DNA of 64,000 nt from Eubacteriales bacterium (GTDB lineage Bacteria; Bacillota; Clostridia; Oscillospirales; CAG-272), in assembly GCA_045127215.1 (NCBI GenBank), contig JBGVPV010000086.1:16472-80471 (forward strand), read 5' to 3'. The position numbers and the translations under genes are program-made. Under the pieces are notes generated by a model, which had not been told where the DNA came from, did not search any database, and saw only the letters and a program-made list of their open reading frames with translations. Positions within the stretch are counted from its first letter, which is position 1, and every line of letters begins with the position of its first letter. Of the stretch, positions 18,990 to 28,132 are shown in pieces.

Positions 18990-20597
18990 TTAAATTATCA
19001 AGTCGTCAAATTCGGAAAGATCCTCGTCTCCCGCAAGCAGCTCAAGCACAACGTCACGGTCGCTTATATCCCGTCCAAGCTCAGCAGACACCGCTGCTGC
19101 GATATTCGAGAGAAAACCGGGAGCATTCACTCTGCTCATGGCAAATTCATTCGGGAAACGAACGAGTATTTTACCGTCAGCGCCAACAAATGCTCTTGCC
19201 ATCTTCATAAACGGAAGCGCCATTGCGTTTCCACCTGCGGCACGCTCACAGATATCATTCCAGGAGCGAATAGGCTTGATGGAATCACTTGCGTTGGTGG
19301 TAGCTACGGCAACACTCGGTGTTTTAACAACGGGTTTATTTTCTGGTACGTGCGCGTCTGTCTTTTGCTCGGTAACGCTCTGCGCTTCATTACGGTTCTC
19401 GTCCTCAGTAAGCGTCGGAGCTGAGACACCCTGCTTGATAAGCTGTGAGTTTACCGCCACCGCACTTTCGAGCTTTGTAAGGCGTGCGAGGAATGAATCA
19501 AGTGAAGCGTCAAGACCTGCGTCGCACATCTTAATCAATGCCATTTCGGCAACCACTCTCTTGCCCATACCCGACCTTTGCATTGCATTAACAGCATCGT
19601 CAAGAACTCGACAATGCCATACAAGCGTCTGCTTGCTAAACAGCTCACAAGTCTTTTGAAGGGCTACATATTCGGTTTCGGTAAGATCAAGATATTTATC
19701 AGCCTTTGCCGTTGTTTTGGCAACGAGCATATCTCTGTAATAAGAAAGCAGCTCCTGAAGGAACACGGTGACATCCTTGGATGAGGACACTACCTCGTCA
19801 ACCGCGGCGAATATCGCGTCGTAATTTCCACGTGCGATAGCGCGGACGATGTTTTCAGCGTTTTCTCTGCCGCCACTTCCGAGTGTATCGTACACGGACT
19901 GAACGGTAAGCTTATCCTGTGCACTCGCACAAAGCTCCAAAAGACTTATCGCATCACGCATACCGCCCTGAGCCATTTTAGCTATAACACGGAGCGAATC
20001 CTTATCGTACTCGATATTCTCTTTATCCGCAATATAAGCAAGTCTGTCAACGAGAACGTCGGTGCTTATTCTTCTGAAATCAAAACGCTGACAACGGGAA
20101 ATGATAGTCGCAGGAAGCTTATGAAGCTCCGTAGTCGCAAGAATAAAGACAACGTGTGATGGAGGCTCTTCAAGTGTTTTTAGAAGCGCGTTGAATGCAC
20201 TGCCGCTGAGCATGTGAACCTCGTCAACTATATAAACCCTGTACTTAAGCGTCGAGGGCATGTACACGACTTCGTCACGGATATCACGGATGTTATCAAC
20301 GCCGTTGTTTGACGCCGCGTCCATCTCAAGAACGTCGGTAGCCGCACCGCTGTCAATAGCAAGACAAGAAGGACACTTATTGCAAGGGCTTCCGTTAACG
20401 CTCGCCTGACAGTTCACCGCCTTTGCAAGAATCTTTGCGCAGGTAGTCTTACCCGTTCCGCGAGAGCCGCAGAACAGATACGCGTGAGAAAACTTATTGT
20501 TGGCGGTTTCATATTTAAGTATAGAGGTTACGTGCTCCTGACCGCATACGTCATCAAAGGTCTGCGGACGCCACTTTCTATATAAAGCCTGATGCAT
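18990..20597 (-). CDS. dnaX: DNA polymerase III subunit gamma/tau
   Basis: Contains YRKWRPQTFDDVCGQEHV. Walker A GSRGTGKTT, zinc module CNKCPSC, DEVHML, and SRCQRFDF sensor. Confidence 0.95.
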   Translation of the reverse strand: MHQALYRKWRPQTFDDVCGQEHVTSILKYETANNKFSHAYLFCGSRGTGKTTCAKILAKAVNCQASVNGSPCNKCPSCLAIDSGAATDVLEMDAASNNGVDNIRDIRDEVVYMPSTLKYRVYIVDEVHMLSGSAFNALLKTLEEPPSHVVFILATTELHKLPATIISRCQRFDFRRISTDVLVDRLAYIADKENIEYDKDSLRVIAKMAQGGMRDAISLLELCASAQDKLTVQSVYDTLGSGGRENAENIVRAIARGNYDAIFAAVDEVVSSSKDVTVFLQELLSYYRDMLVAKTTAKADKYLDLTETEYVALQKTCELFSKQTLVWHCRVLDDAVNAMQRSGMGKRVVAEMALIKMCDAGLDASLDSFLARLTKLESAVAVNSQLIKQGVSAPTLTEDENRNEAQSVTEQKTDAHVPENKPVVKTPSVAVATTNASDSIKPIRSWNDICERAAGGNAMALPFMKMARAFVGADGKILVRFPNEFAMSRVNAPGFLSNIAAAVSAELGRDISDRDVVLELLAGDEDLSEFDDLII

Positions 20598-20640
20598 AAA
20601 AGCTCCTTTTTGTAAAATCTAAAAAACAAGCTGTAAAATA

Positions 20641-20914
20641 AGACCATACACCTCAAGATCGAACCTCACATCCGCGCGAACTCCGTACCTCCTGCTCCGA
20701 GCAGGCTACCTCACGGCACATCAAGGCAACTGCTTAATGCTGCTTGGTTCCCCACCTGACATGGTTCACAGCTCTCAATTGCGCAAGACCCACTCCTCAA
20801 CGCAGCAGGACACGGCTCAAGACCGCCTCAGCTAAGCCCTCAAAAGAGGAATACACCCCTGCTGTAGCGGATTTCAGGTACAGGGCTCCGCTAATTCCCC
20901 GGCTTGTATGGCCT
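20641..20914 (-). ncRNA. ffs: Signal recognition particle RNA, long (Bacillus-type, Alu-domain-containing) form
   Basis: The minus-strand sequence contains the Alu-domain block GCGGAGCCCUGUACCUGAAAUCCGCUACAGCAGGG. It also contains the domain IV core AUGUCAGGUGGGGAACCAAGCAGCAUUAAG (compare GUCAGGUCCGGAAGGAAGCAGC). The 5'/3' ends pair (GGCCAUACA / UGUAUGGUC). Its position immediately upstream of dnaX matches B. subtilis scr-dnaX synteny. Ends are accurate to about +/-10 nt. Confidence 0.85.
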
Positions 20915-21015
20915 TATTTTACAGCTCGTTGCTCCGAAAAATACATTCGGAATAATCTACCCGAATATTATAACATATTCTGATGTTTTTTTCAAGTCCT
21001 TTTATAAATTATTTT

Positions 21016-21056
21016 TAAAAAGAAATATGCCCGCTGAAATGTCAGCAGGCATATTT
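21016..21056 (-). terminator. Probable terminator of the small lysine-rich ORF
   Basis: aaatatgcccgctga / tcagcaggcatattt stem with one mismatch, followed on the minus strand by cttttt. Confidence 0.55.
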
Positions 21057-21107
21057 CAATGCTCATTTCTTAGGAGAAGAACTTACGAGCTGATAAATGT
21101 GAGAGTT

Positions 21108-21302
21108 TCAATAGGGCAAAGGGTTATTTACAGGATACGAGCCTTCCTCGGTAAAGGAATCGTCGCGTCCTTGGCCAAGCTTGCCCGGCTCGGTTGAATC
21201 GAGAAACGGTTGCTTTGACTTTTGGTCAGACACACCGTGAAAATTCTCACGTTTATCTCTACATTTTTGCTTTCCATTGCTTTTACATTTATTTTCTTTC
21301 AT
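21108..21302 (-). CDS. Small hydrophilic Lys/Asp-rich hypothetical protein (64 aa)
   Basis: GGAGG RBS lies 5 nt before the ATG at 21302 (MKENKCKSNGKQKCRDKRENF...). It has its own terminator. No family recognised. Confidence 0.4.
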   Translation of the reverse strand: MKENKCKSNGKQKCRDKRENFHGVSDQKSKQPFLDSTEPGKLGQGRDDSFTEEGSYPVNNPLPY

Positions 21303-21491
21303 AATTCCTCCTACCAACACGACATACAGAGTAGGTTAACGGACGGAATGTAACCGTGCTCCAACTCATAAAGTGGCATAAGAACAGCGAGAAAATCAAA
21401 ACGCCGAAAGCCGACAGAGAATGCTTTTGTTCTCTGCACAATTAGTTATTCTCTTTTTAAAAACCTTTTATTCGGATTTTAATTTGTTATA

Positions 21492-22838
21492 TTATCCCAA
21501 AATATATTTGTTATCCACGGCATCTATAATATCAGAGTATACCTTCATATAAGTAAGCATACAAACTATTCCCGCGGCTATATCGACAGTAGTCAGAATG
21601 CCGTAGTCCGCCGAATACATGATGTACCACACGTTTGATGCAATACATATCAGAGACGCCAAGATACAATACAAGAGCTTGAAGGAAAGCTCCTTTTTGG
21701 TGGCAGTATCTATCTCTTTATATTTCTCATCGTTGTATGCATCGAGATTCTTTTCAAGTCCCGTATGTGCCTGTATGATCTGATACATCGTAAATATAAC
21801 GCAAAAGCTTGCTACTGCAAACAATATAGTGCCAATTCCTGCCGCAAGACCGGAGCGCATATACGCCGCGTATGCCTCGTCGCTTCGGTAAATCGCTTCG
21901 TAATAATACTTATCAAAGAAGCTATATTCAGAGAACCAGGCGACAGCCGAGATTACAAACAGAACAGCGGACGCCGAGATAAATGCAAGTTTCGGGAGCT
22001 TGACGTGCTTTGCGGCGATTGCAAAGAAAGCAACGAAAAATACTGCTGATATCAAATCAGGGAGTATATTTACGTAGTCGATTCGGACGTCCGTTCCAAA
22101 AGCAAACGCACATATCAAAAGAACATAGCAGATCTTCAGATCACGCTTGATAAAGATGCTCTTATTTGTAAGAACACGCTCACGGTACAAATCGTTTATA
22201 CCGTCGATGAACGGTTTGTCACGGTTAACACGTGCGAAATATCTGATGCCCTTGAAGAGCCATACTATTCCGACGATTATAACGGGAAGGAATGCGAGAA
22301 AACGCATGACTCCGATGAAACGATACATGCTGAAACCGTCTTCGTTGATACTGAGAACAGAGGATTCGGGAAGAACGCACATAAGCGCTTTAAATGTTAT
22401 AAAGACAAACGTAAGCACTTTTATTCTACCCGTATAGCTTCTCTTTCCACCACCGAGAACAGACGTGTTTTCACAAACCGTTCCGAGAGACGCGATTCCG
22501 CTGAATAATCTCGAAAAGGCTTGATTTACGAAAATTACCTCTAACACGCCAAAGACAAACGACCATAAAAGCAACGACGTGCTTTTCTCGTTAGGTAGCG
22601 TCATACCAAAGGTCCAGAATATTGCGAGTATCTTTGCCGCATCTATCAGGATCAAACGTTTGAATACCGTTAAAGAATCGCAGAGCGTATCATTCATATC
22701 GGCAAATTTTACAAGCGACAGACTTATAATTATATACCCGATAAAATCAGGGAGCGGATCGATTATGCTGATGTTGGGATTACACAAAAATATCAACGCA
22801 AACGCAAGCCCGCGAAAATTCATACGCTTATTTTGCAT
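21492..22838 (-). CDS. Polytopic membrane protein, unknown function (448 aa, about 11 TM segments)
   Basis: AGGAGG RBS lies 6 nt before the ATG. It has many hydrophobic helices and the motif IDPLPDFIGY, with a second LPDLIS motif mid-protein. No family recognised. Confidence 0.7.
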   Translation of the reverse strand: MQNKRMNFRGLAFALIFLCNPNISIIDPLPDFIGYIIISLSLVKFADMNDTLCDSLTVFKRLILIDAAKILAIFWTFGMTLPNEKSTSLLLWSFVFGVLEVIFVNQAFSRLFSGIASLGTVCENTSVLGGGKRSYTGRIKVLTFVFITFKALMCVLPESSVLSINEDGFSMYRFIGVMRFLAFLPVIIVGIVWLFKGIRYFARVNRDKPFIDGINDLYRERVLTNKSIFIKRDLKICYVLLICAFAFGTDVRIDYVNILPDLISAVFFVAFFAIAAKHVKLPKLAFISASAVLFVISAVAWFSEYSFFDKYYYEAIYRSDEAYAAYMRSGLAAGIGTILFAVASFCVIFTMYQIIQAHTGLEKNLDAYNDEKYKEIDTATKKELSFKLLYCILASLICIASNVWYIMYSADYGILTTVDIAAGIVCMLTYMKVYSDIIDAVDNKYILG

Positions 22839-22876
22839 TTTATACCTCCTTGATTTTTGCGGTATTTATCATACCT

Positions 22877-25627
22877 TTATTGCTTAGCGGGATCTCCGCA
22901 GCATTTCTTATATTTTTTACCCGATCCGCAAGGGCAAAGGTCGTTTCTGCCGACGGCAGGAGCGTTGCGCTTCGCAACAGTAACTCTCTTTACCTTCTCG
23001 CCGTTCATACCCTCAAATCCCTCGTTAATGGGATTTGCAAGCTGCACTCTCTTCACCTCGGGGGTCTGAATGGTAACGGAAAGGATCATTCGTGCGGTAC
23101 GCTCACGGATATCAGAGATCATTTCATCAAACATATCTGCGCCCTGGAGTCTGTATTCTGTTACAGGGTCACGTTGAGCGTAAGACTGCATTCTGATGCT
23201 ACCCTTAAGATCATCCATAGCATCGATATGCTCCATCCAATTTCGGTCAACATTTTGAAGGAGTATCGCTCTTTCAAGCTCTCGGAAGCGTTCCTCACCC
23301 ACAGTCTCTACCTTTTCATTATAAAGCTTGATAGCTCGGTCGCAAAGCATTTCGGAAATATCGTCACGCTTAAGACGCTTGAAATCGCTGTCCGCGTACT
23401 GGAAATCATCGTCCGTCGTAAGAATGCCGCGATAAACCTTACGCAAGCCCGCAAAATCCCAATGCGATGCATCGTCACCCTGCATATAAGTCGCAACGTT
23501 TTCGCTGACGGTAGCGAGTATCATCTTCTGAATAGTCTCGCTTATATTTTCACCGTTGAGAACGTCGTTTCTCTGCTTATAGATAAGATTTCTCTGCTGA
23601 TTCATTACGTCGTCATACGTCAGCACGTATTTACGGCGCTTGAAGTTCTGATCCTCAATGCGCTTTTGAGCGTTTTCAATAGTACCCGAAAGTATCTTTG
23701 CGTCAATAGGGGTGTCATCGGGAAGTCCGAGTCTTTCTACCATAGTCATCATTCGCTCAGATCCAAACAAACGCATCAGATCATCCTCAAGGGAGAGGAA
23801 AAATCTCGACTCACCGGGGTCGCCCTGACGTCCCGAACGTCCTCTGAGCTGATTGTCTATGCGTCGGCTCTCGTGGCGTTCCGTACCGAGAATATAAAGT
23901 CCGCCGGCTTCCCTTACCTGTTCAGCCTCGGGCTGTATTTCTTTTTTATACTTTTCGTAAAGTCCTTGGAAGATATCTCTTGCGTTGATGATCTCCTCAT
24001 CCTCAATGGGAGCAGTTCCCGTAGCCATCGCGATAAGCTCCTCGGGGATCTCCATCTTTCGCATTTCGTTCTTCGCCATGTGCTCGGGATTTCCTCCGAG
24101 CATGATGTCGGTTCCACGTCCTGCCATATTGGTAGAAATGGTTACCGCACCAAGCTTACCTGCCTGAGCTACTATCTCGGCTTCCTTATCGTGATGCTTT
24201 GCATTGAGCACGGTGTGCTTAATACCCGTACGCTTAAGTCTGCGAGAGAGCTCTTCGGACTTATCAATGGAGACAGTACCCACAAGCACGGGCTGTCCCT
24301 TTTCGTGACACGCTCTGATCTGATCGATCACCGCATTATATTTTGCCTCAACGGTCTTATAAACAACGTCAGAATGATCAACTCTTATCATAGGCCTATT
24401 AGTCGGGATCTCGACCACGTCAAGCGCGTATATTTCGCGGAATTCGTTTTCCTCAGTCAGCGCCGTACCCGTCATACCCGAAAGCTTGGAGTACATTCTG
24501 AAGTAGTTCTGGAAGGTGATAGTCGCAAGGGTCTTGTTTTCCTTTTCGATCTTAACGCCTTCCTTGGCTTCGATTGCCTGATGTAAGCCGTTGGAGTAGC
24601 GTCTGCCGGGCATAAGACGTCCTGTAAAGGTATCAACTATCATAACGCCCTGCTCGTTGACAACGTAATCAACGTCGCGCTTCATATTACCGTGAGCGCG
24701 GATAGCCTGATTTATATGGTGAGAAAGCTCGGAGTTCTGAGGATCGGAAAGGTTTTCAACCCCAAAGAATTCCTCCGCCTTTTTCGCGCCGTTTGAGGTA
24801 AGAATAGAGTTGTTCGCTTTCTCGTCAACGATATAGTCGGCGTCAAGATCTTCGTAGCTCTCCTTGCTATCCATTTCTTTGATAACGAATTTCTTGAGTC
24901 TACGGGCAAAAGCATCAGCGCGATCGTACATATCCGTTGACGCCTCACCAGCTCCCGAGATAATAAGAGGAGTTCTCGCCTCGTCAACGAGAATTGAGTC
25001 AACCTCGTCAACGATAGCAAAATTGTGACCTCTTTGTACCATTCTCTCTTTATAAACTACCATGTTATCACGCAGGTAGTCAAATCCGAACTCGTTATTA
25101 GTACCGTATGTGATATCCGCCTCGTACGCCTGCTTTTTTTCTTCGGGAGACAAGCCGTGAACCACAAGACCCGTAGTCAGTCCCATAAATTCGTATACTC
25201 GTCCCATCTCCTCGCTGTCACGTGTTGCAAGATAATCGTTTACCGTAACGACGTGAACGCCCTTACCGGAGAGCGCGTTAAGATATGCGGGCATGGTTGC
25301 CACGAGAGTTTTTCCTTCACCCGTTTTCATTTCCGCAATGCGTCCCTGATGCAGTATGATACCACCTATGATCTGCACTCTGAAGGGGCGTTTGCCGAGA
25401 ATTCTGTCATCAGCCTCACGAATAGCCGCAAATGCATCGGGTAAAATATCCTCAAGCGTCTCACCCTCAGCAAGTCTTGCCTTGAGCTGTGCGGTAACGC
25501 CCGAGAGCTCCTCATTTGACATCTCCTTATACTTAGGCGCAAGGGATTCTATAAAATCTACGTATTTATCAAGCTTTTTAAGCTGTCTTTCACTATAAGT
25601 TCCAAAAAGCTTTTCAGTAAGTTTCAT
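22877..25627 (-). CDS. secA: Preprotein translocase ATPase SecA
   Basis: Walker A MKTGEGKTL, DEVDSILVDEARTPLIISG, TNMAGRGTDI, and C-terminal zinc motif CPCGSGKKYKKCCG. The ATG at 25627 (MKLTEKLFG) is preceded by GGAGG. Confidence 0.97.
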   Translation of the reverse strand: MKLTEKLFGTYSERQLKKLDKYVDFIESLAPKYKEMSNEELSGVTAQLKARLAEGETLEDILPDAFAAIREADDRILGKRPFRVQIIGGIILHQGRIAEMKTGEGKTLVATMPAYLNALSGKGVHVVTVNDYLATRDSEEMGRVYEFMGLTTGLVVHGLSPEEKKQAYEADITYGTNNEFGFDYLRDNMVVYKERMVQRGHNFAIVDEVDSILVDEARTPLIISGAGEASTDMYDRADAFARRLKKFVIKEMDSKESYEDLDADYIVDEKANNSILTSNGAKKAEEFFGVENLSDPQNSELSHHINQAIRAHGNMKRDVDYVVNEQGVMIVDTFTGRLMPGRRYSNGLHQAIEAKEGVKIEKENKTLATITFQNYFRMYSKLSGMTGTALTEENEFREIYALDVVEIPTNRPMIRVDHSDVVYKTVEAKYNAVIDQIRACHEKGQPVLVGTVSIDKSEELSRRLKRTGIKHTVLNAKHHDKEAEIVAQAGKLGAVTISTNMAGRGTDIMLGGNPEHMAKNEMRKMEIPEELIAMATGTAPIEDEEIINARDIFQGLYEKYKKEIQPEAEQVREAGGLYILGTERHESRRIDNQLRGRSGRQGDPGESRFFLSLEDDLMRLFGSERMMTMVERLGLPDDTPIDAKILSGTIENAQKRIEDQNFKRRKYVLTYDDVMNQQRNLIYKQRNDVLNGENISETIQKMILATVSENVATYMQGDDASHWDFAGLRKVYRGILTTDDDFQYADSDFKRLKRDDISEMLCDRAIKLYNEKVETVGEERFRELERAILLQNVDRNWMEHIDAMDDLKGSIRMQSYAQRDPVTEYRLQGADMFDEMISDIRERTARMILSVTIQTPEVKRVQLANPINEGFEGMNGEKVKRVTVAKRNAPAVGRNDLCPCGSGKKYKKCCGDPAKQ

Positions 25628-25737
25628 TAAATGCCTCCAAAAAACAATCATTCATTTTATTATACTACTTTTTTGAGTTTTTTTCAATAGATAAACCAAA
25701 CATCTTGCATTTACTTTGTAAACTTTTTTATTTTCTC

Positions 25738-25766
25738 TTGCAATTATACGCAAAAAATAATATAAT
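25738..25766 (+). promoter_or_regulatory. Sigma-A promoter of trmL-mnmA (TTGCAA-17-TATAAT)
   Basis: ttgcaa (25738-25743), a 17-nt spacer, then tataat (25761-25766). The predicted TSS lies downstream of the ORF-track start at 25770, which supports the ATG at 25797. Confidence 0.55.
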
Positions 25767-25796
25767 GAAGTGACAAATAATCTAAAAGGATATGAA

Positions 25797-26300
25797 ATGT
25801 ATAAGATAAACATAGTTTTACACGAACCCGAAATACCTCAGAACACGGGAAATATTGCGCGTACCTGCGCGGCAACGGGTGCTTCCCTACACATAATCGA
25901 GCCGATGGGTTTTAAGATCGACGACAAGAAGCTCAAGCGCGCCGGACTTGACTACTGGGACAAGCTGGATATTACCTACTACAAGAATTATGAGGATTTT
26001 CTCCAGAAGCGTCCCGAAGCCATAAACAACACCTATTATTTTTCAACTAAATCCCTAAATTCCTATACGGACATCGAATACGGTGACAACGTATATATAA
26101 TGTTCGGCAAAGAAACCAAAGGAATTCCCGAGGATATTCTTTACGACAACCGCGATTTTTGCGTAAGAATTCCTATGCGTGATACTATTCGGTCATTGAA
26201 TTTATCAAACTCCGTAGCTATTGCCGTTTATGAGATAATTCGTCAGAAAGGCTTTGACGGACTTATCGCTCAGGGCAAGCTCACGAGTAAGGATTGGTGA
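25797..26300 (+). CDS. trmL: tRNA (cytidine/uridine(34)-2'-O)-methyltransferase TrmL (SpoU family)
   Basis: Contains NIVLHEPEIPQNTGNIARTCAATGASLHIIEP and the C-terminal knot motif SLNLSNSVAIAVYE. RBS AAAAGGA precedes the ATG at 25797. Confidence 0.9.
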   Translation: MYKINIVLHEPEIPQNTGNIARTCAATGASLHIIEPMGFKIDDKKLKRAGLDYWDKLDITYYKNYEDFLQKRPEAINNTYYFSTKSLNSYTDIEYGDNVYIMFGKETKGIPEDILYDNRDFCVRIPMRDTIRSLNLSNSVAIAVYEIIRQKGFDGLIAQGKLTSKDW

Positions 26301-26303
26301 GAT

Positions 26304-27371
26304 ATGAATAAAAAAGTACTTGTGGCAATGAGTGGAGGCGTCGACAGCGCCGTAGCGACACTATTGCTCAAAGAACAGGGCTACGATATCGGTGGTATAA
26401 CTATGACCGTGTGGTCTGACGATAAAGATCTCGCGGACGGTGAGGTCACAGTTCCCGACCAAAACTGTATCGACGCACGTGCCGTAGCAGATGAGCTTGG
26501 AATACCTCATCATACCGTTTCACTCGGAGAGTCCTTCAAGGAGTGCGTTATCAAACGATTTATTGACGACTACACAAACGGAAAGACGCCTAACCCTTGT
26601 GTTGAATGCAACAAACACATCAAATTCGGAAAACTGTTCGACTGCGTCGACACACTCGGATATAACGATATCGCAACAGGACATTACGCAAGAATAGTCA
26701 AGGACGAAAACAGTAAATTTCTCTTAAAAAAAGCAGCAGATGAAAAAAAGGATCAATCCTATTTTTTGTGGTCGATAAAAAAAGAATTGCTTCCGCGTAT
26801 TCATTTCCCCCTTGGCGAGCTGACTAAACCCGAGGTGCGTGATATTGCCGCTAAAAACGGCTTTTCAAACGCACACCGCTCCGACAGTCAGGATATATGC
26901 TTTATCTCGGACGGTGATTACGCTTCGTTTATACGAAAGCACTCAGACGTCGCCTTCCCTTGCGGTAACTTCACCGATACCGACGGAAATATTATAGGAA
27001 AGCACACAGGGCTTATAAATTATACCATCGGTCAGCGTAAGGGGCTTGGTGTAGCCTTTGGTAAGCCGATGTTCGTTGGTGGTAAAGACGCAAGTGCCAA
27101 CACCGTAATGCTCTGCACCGACGAGCAGCTTTACACTGATACGCTTATTGCAACTGACGTGAATATTCTTACTGATGAGAAATTTGAGGCGCCCGTTCGT
27201 TTGATGGCAAAAATACGTTACCGTCACGAACCCGCCATCGCCACCGTCACAAAACTCGAGGACGGATGCCTGCTCGTAAAATTCGACCTGCCCCAACGCG
27301 CTATCGCTCCCGGACAATCCGTGGTACTTTATGACGGCGATACCGTTGTAGGCGGCGGTATTATTTCATAA
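26304..27371 (+). CDS. mnmA: tRNA 2-thiouridine(34) synthase MnmA
   Basis: PP-loop VAMSGGVDSAV, catalytic Cys region NPCVECNKHIKF, and DQSYFLW motif. Confidence 0.96.
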   Translation: MNKKVLVAMSGGVDSAVATLLLKEQGYDIGGITMTVWSDDKDLADGEVTVPDQNCIDARAVADELGIPHHTVSLGESFKECVIKRFIDDYTNGKTPNPCVECNKHIKFGKLFDCVDTLGYNDIATGHYARIVKDENSKFLLKKAADEKKDQSYFLWSIKKELLPRIHFPLGELTKPEVRDIAAKNGFSNAHRSDSQDICFISDGDYASFIRKHSDVAFPCGNFTDTDGNIIGKHTGLINYTIGQRKGLGVAFGKPMFVGGKDASANTVMLCTDEQLYTDTLIATDVNILTDEKFEAPVRLMAKIRYRHEPAIATVTKLEDGCLLVKFDLPQRAIAPGQSVVLYDGDTVVGGGIIS

Positions 27372-27380
27372 CAAAACAAA

Positions 27381-27408
27381 ACGGCTGTTTATAAACAGCC
27401 GTTTTTTG
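27381..27408. terminator. Bidirectional terminator after mnmA and the TIGR03936 gene
   Basis: acggctgtt-tata-aacagccgt hairpin followed by tttttt, with an A-rich run upstream. The two genes are convergent. Confidence 0.85.
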
Positions 27409-27412
27409 TTAT

Positions 27413-28132
27413 TTATTTGAATTCCTTCAAATCCGAAGTAAGCAGATTTGTTCTCATTATGGTATACCATTCAACAGAGGGATCCCCTGCAAGTATGCCG
27501 ATATTCTGCTTGAGAGCAGTTATAAGCAACTCGGGATTGAGATATTCGGTGCTTGAAGCTGACAGAACGCAGGAAAGCTTAAGCGTTCCTGTCTCGTTAT
27601 CATAACGAACATCCGCGCTCTTGATCATGGGAATAATATCAACGTCCTTCTCGCCCGATTTAGTTCGTTTAGTCATAACGAGAGGTGACGTGGTAAGTAT
27701 CTCGTTAGCTTTTTTAGCTAAGCTCGCATCAGCGTCACATGTAAATACTTCTATCTCATACGAAGCCCAAGCGATCTGCGAGAAATCATTCTCAGGTAAA
27801 TATGCGTCAAGTATACACAGCTCATCCGTGAGCTCCGCGTTAAGTCTGTCTCTGATATCCTCACAAGACATATCTCGGTCTATTCTTATATCAAGATACT
27901 CGCAAACGCTTTGCGCTCCAACACTCAAAGGGGTTGAAAAAACAAGCTTAGCGTGAGGATTGAAGCCCTTTGTATACCACGCGGGAATACAAGAACGAAC
28001 GATCACCCTCATAAAAGTACGCTGAAGATCAAGGTGAGAGATATACTGCAAGCTACCAACCTTTTTAAACTTAAGTCTTACAGTGCGCGGACGCTCAAGC
28101 TCGGGAAGCTTGCGCAGACGCGCCTTTTCCAT
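27413..28132 (-). CDS. TIGR03936 (DUF2344) radical SAM-associated protein
   Basis: Contains RLKFKKVGSLQYISHLDLQRTFMRVIVRSCIPAWYTKGFNPHAKLVFSTPLSVG, typical of the family. The ATG at 28132 overlaps the upstream stop as TGATG. An alternative start at 28153 exists. Confidence 0.85.
   Translation of the reverse strand: MEKARLRKLPELERPRTVRLKFKKVGSLQYISHLDLQRTFMRVIVRSCIPAWYTKGFNPHAKLVFSTPLSVGAQSVCEYLDIRIDRDMSCEDIRDRLNAELTDELCILDAYLPENDFSQIAWASYEIEVFTCDADASLAKKANEILTTSPLVMTKRTKSGEKDVDIIPMIKSADVRYDNETGTLKLSCVLSASSTEYLNPELLITALKQNIGILAGDPSVEWYTIMRTNLLTSDLKEFK

Noticed and set aside
20744-21197. Two plus-strand ORFs of 79 and 97 aa between dnaX and the small Lys-rich gene.
   Set aside because: - The first overlaps the SRP RNA gene, and both run through its promoter region.
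- They have no RBS.
- The RNA gene explains the conservation-like structure.
21303-21491. The ~190-nt leader upstream of the small Lys-rich ORF, inspected for a riboswitch or sRNA.
   Set aside because: - It contains only a short hairpin (21415-21436) and no conserved riboswitch core that I recognise.
- It cannot be called without covariance-model searches.
22850-24586. A 578-aa open reading frame on the plus strand, antisense to secA.
   Set aside because: - It lies entirely inside a full-length, motif-complete secA on the other strand.
- It has no RBS.
- The translation is low-complexity, with no recognisable motif.
- Long stop-free antisense frames recur opposite nearly every well-supported gene here. 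This is a codon-composition artefact.
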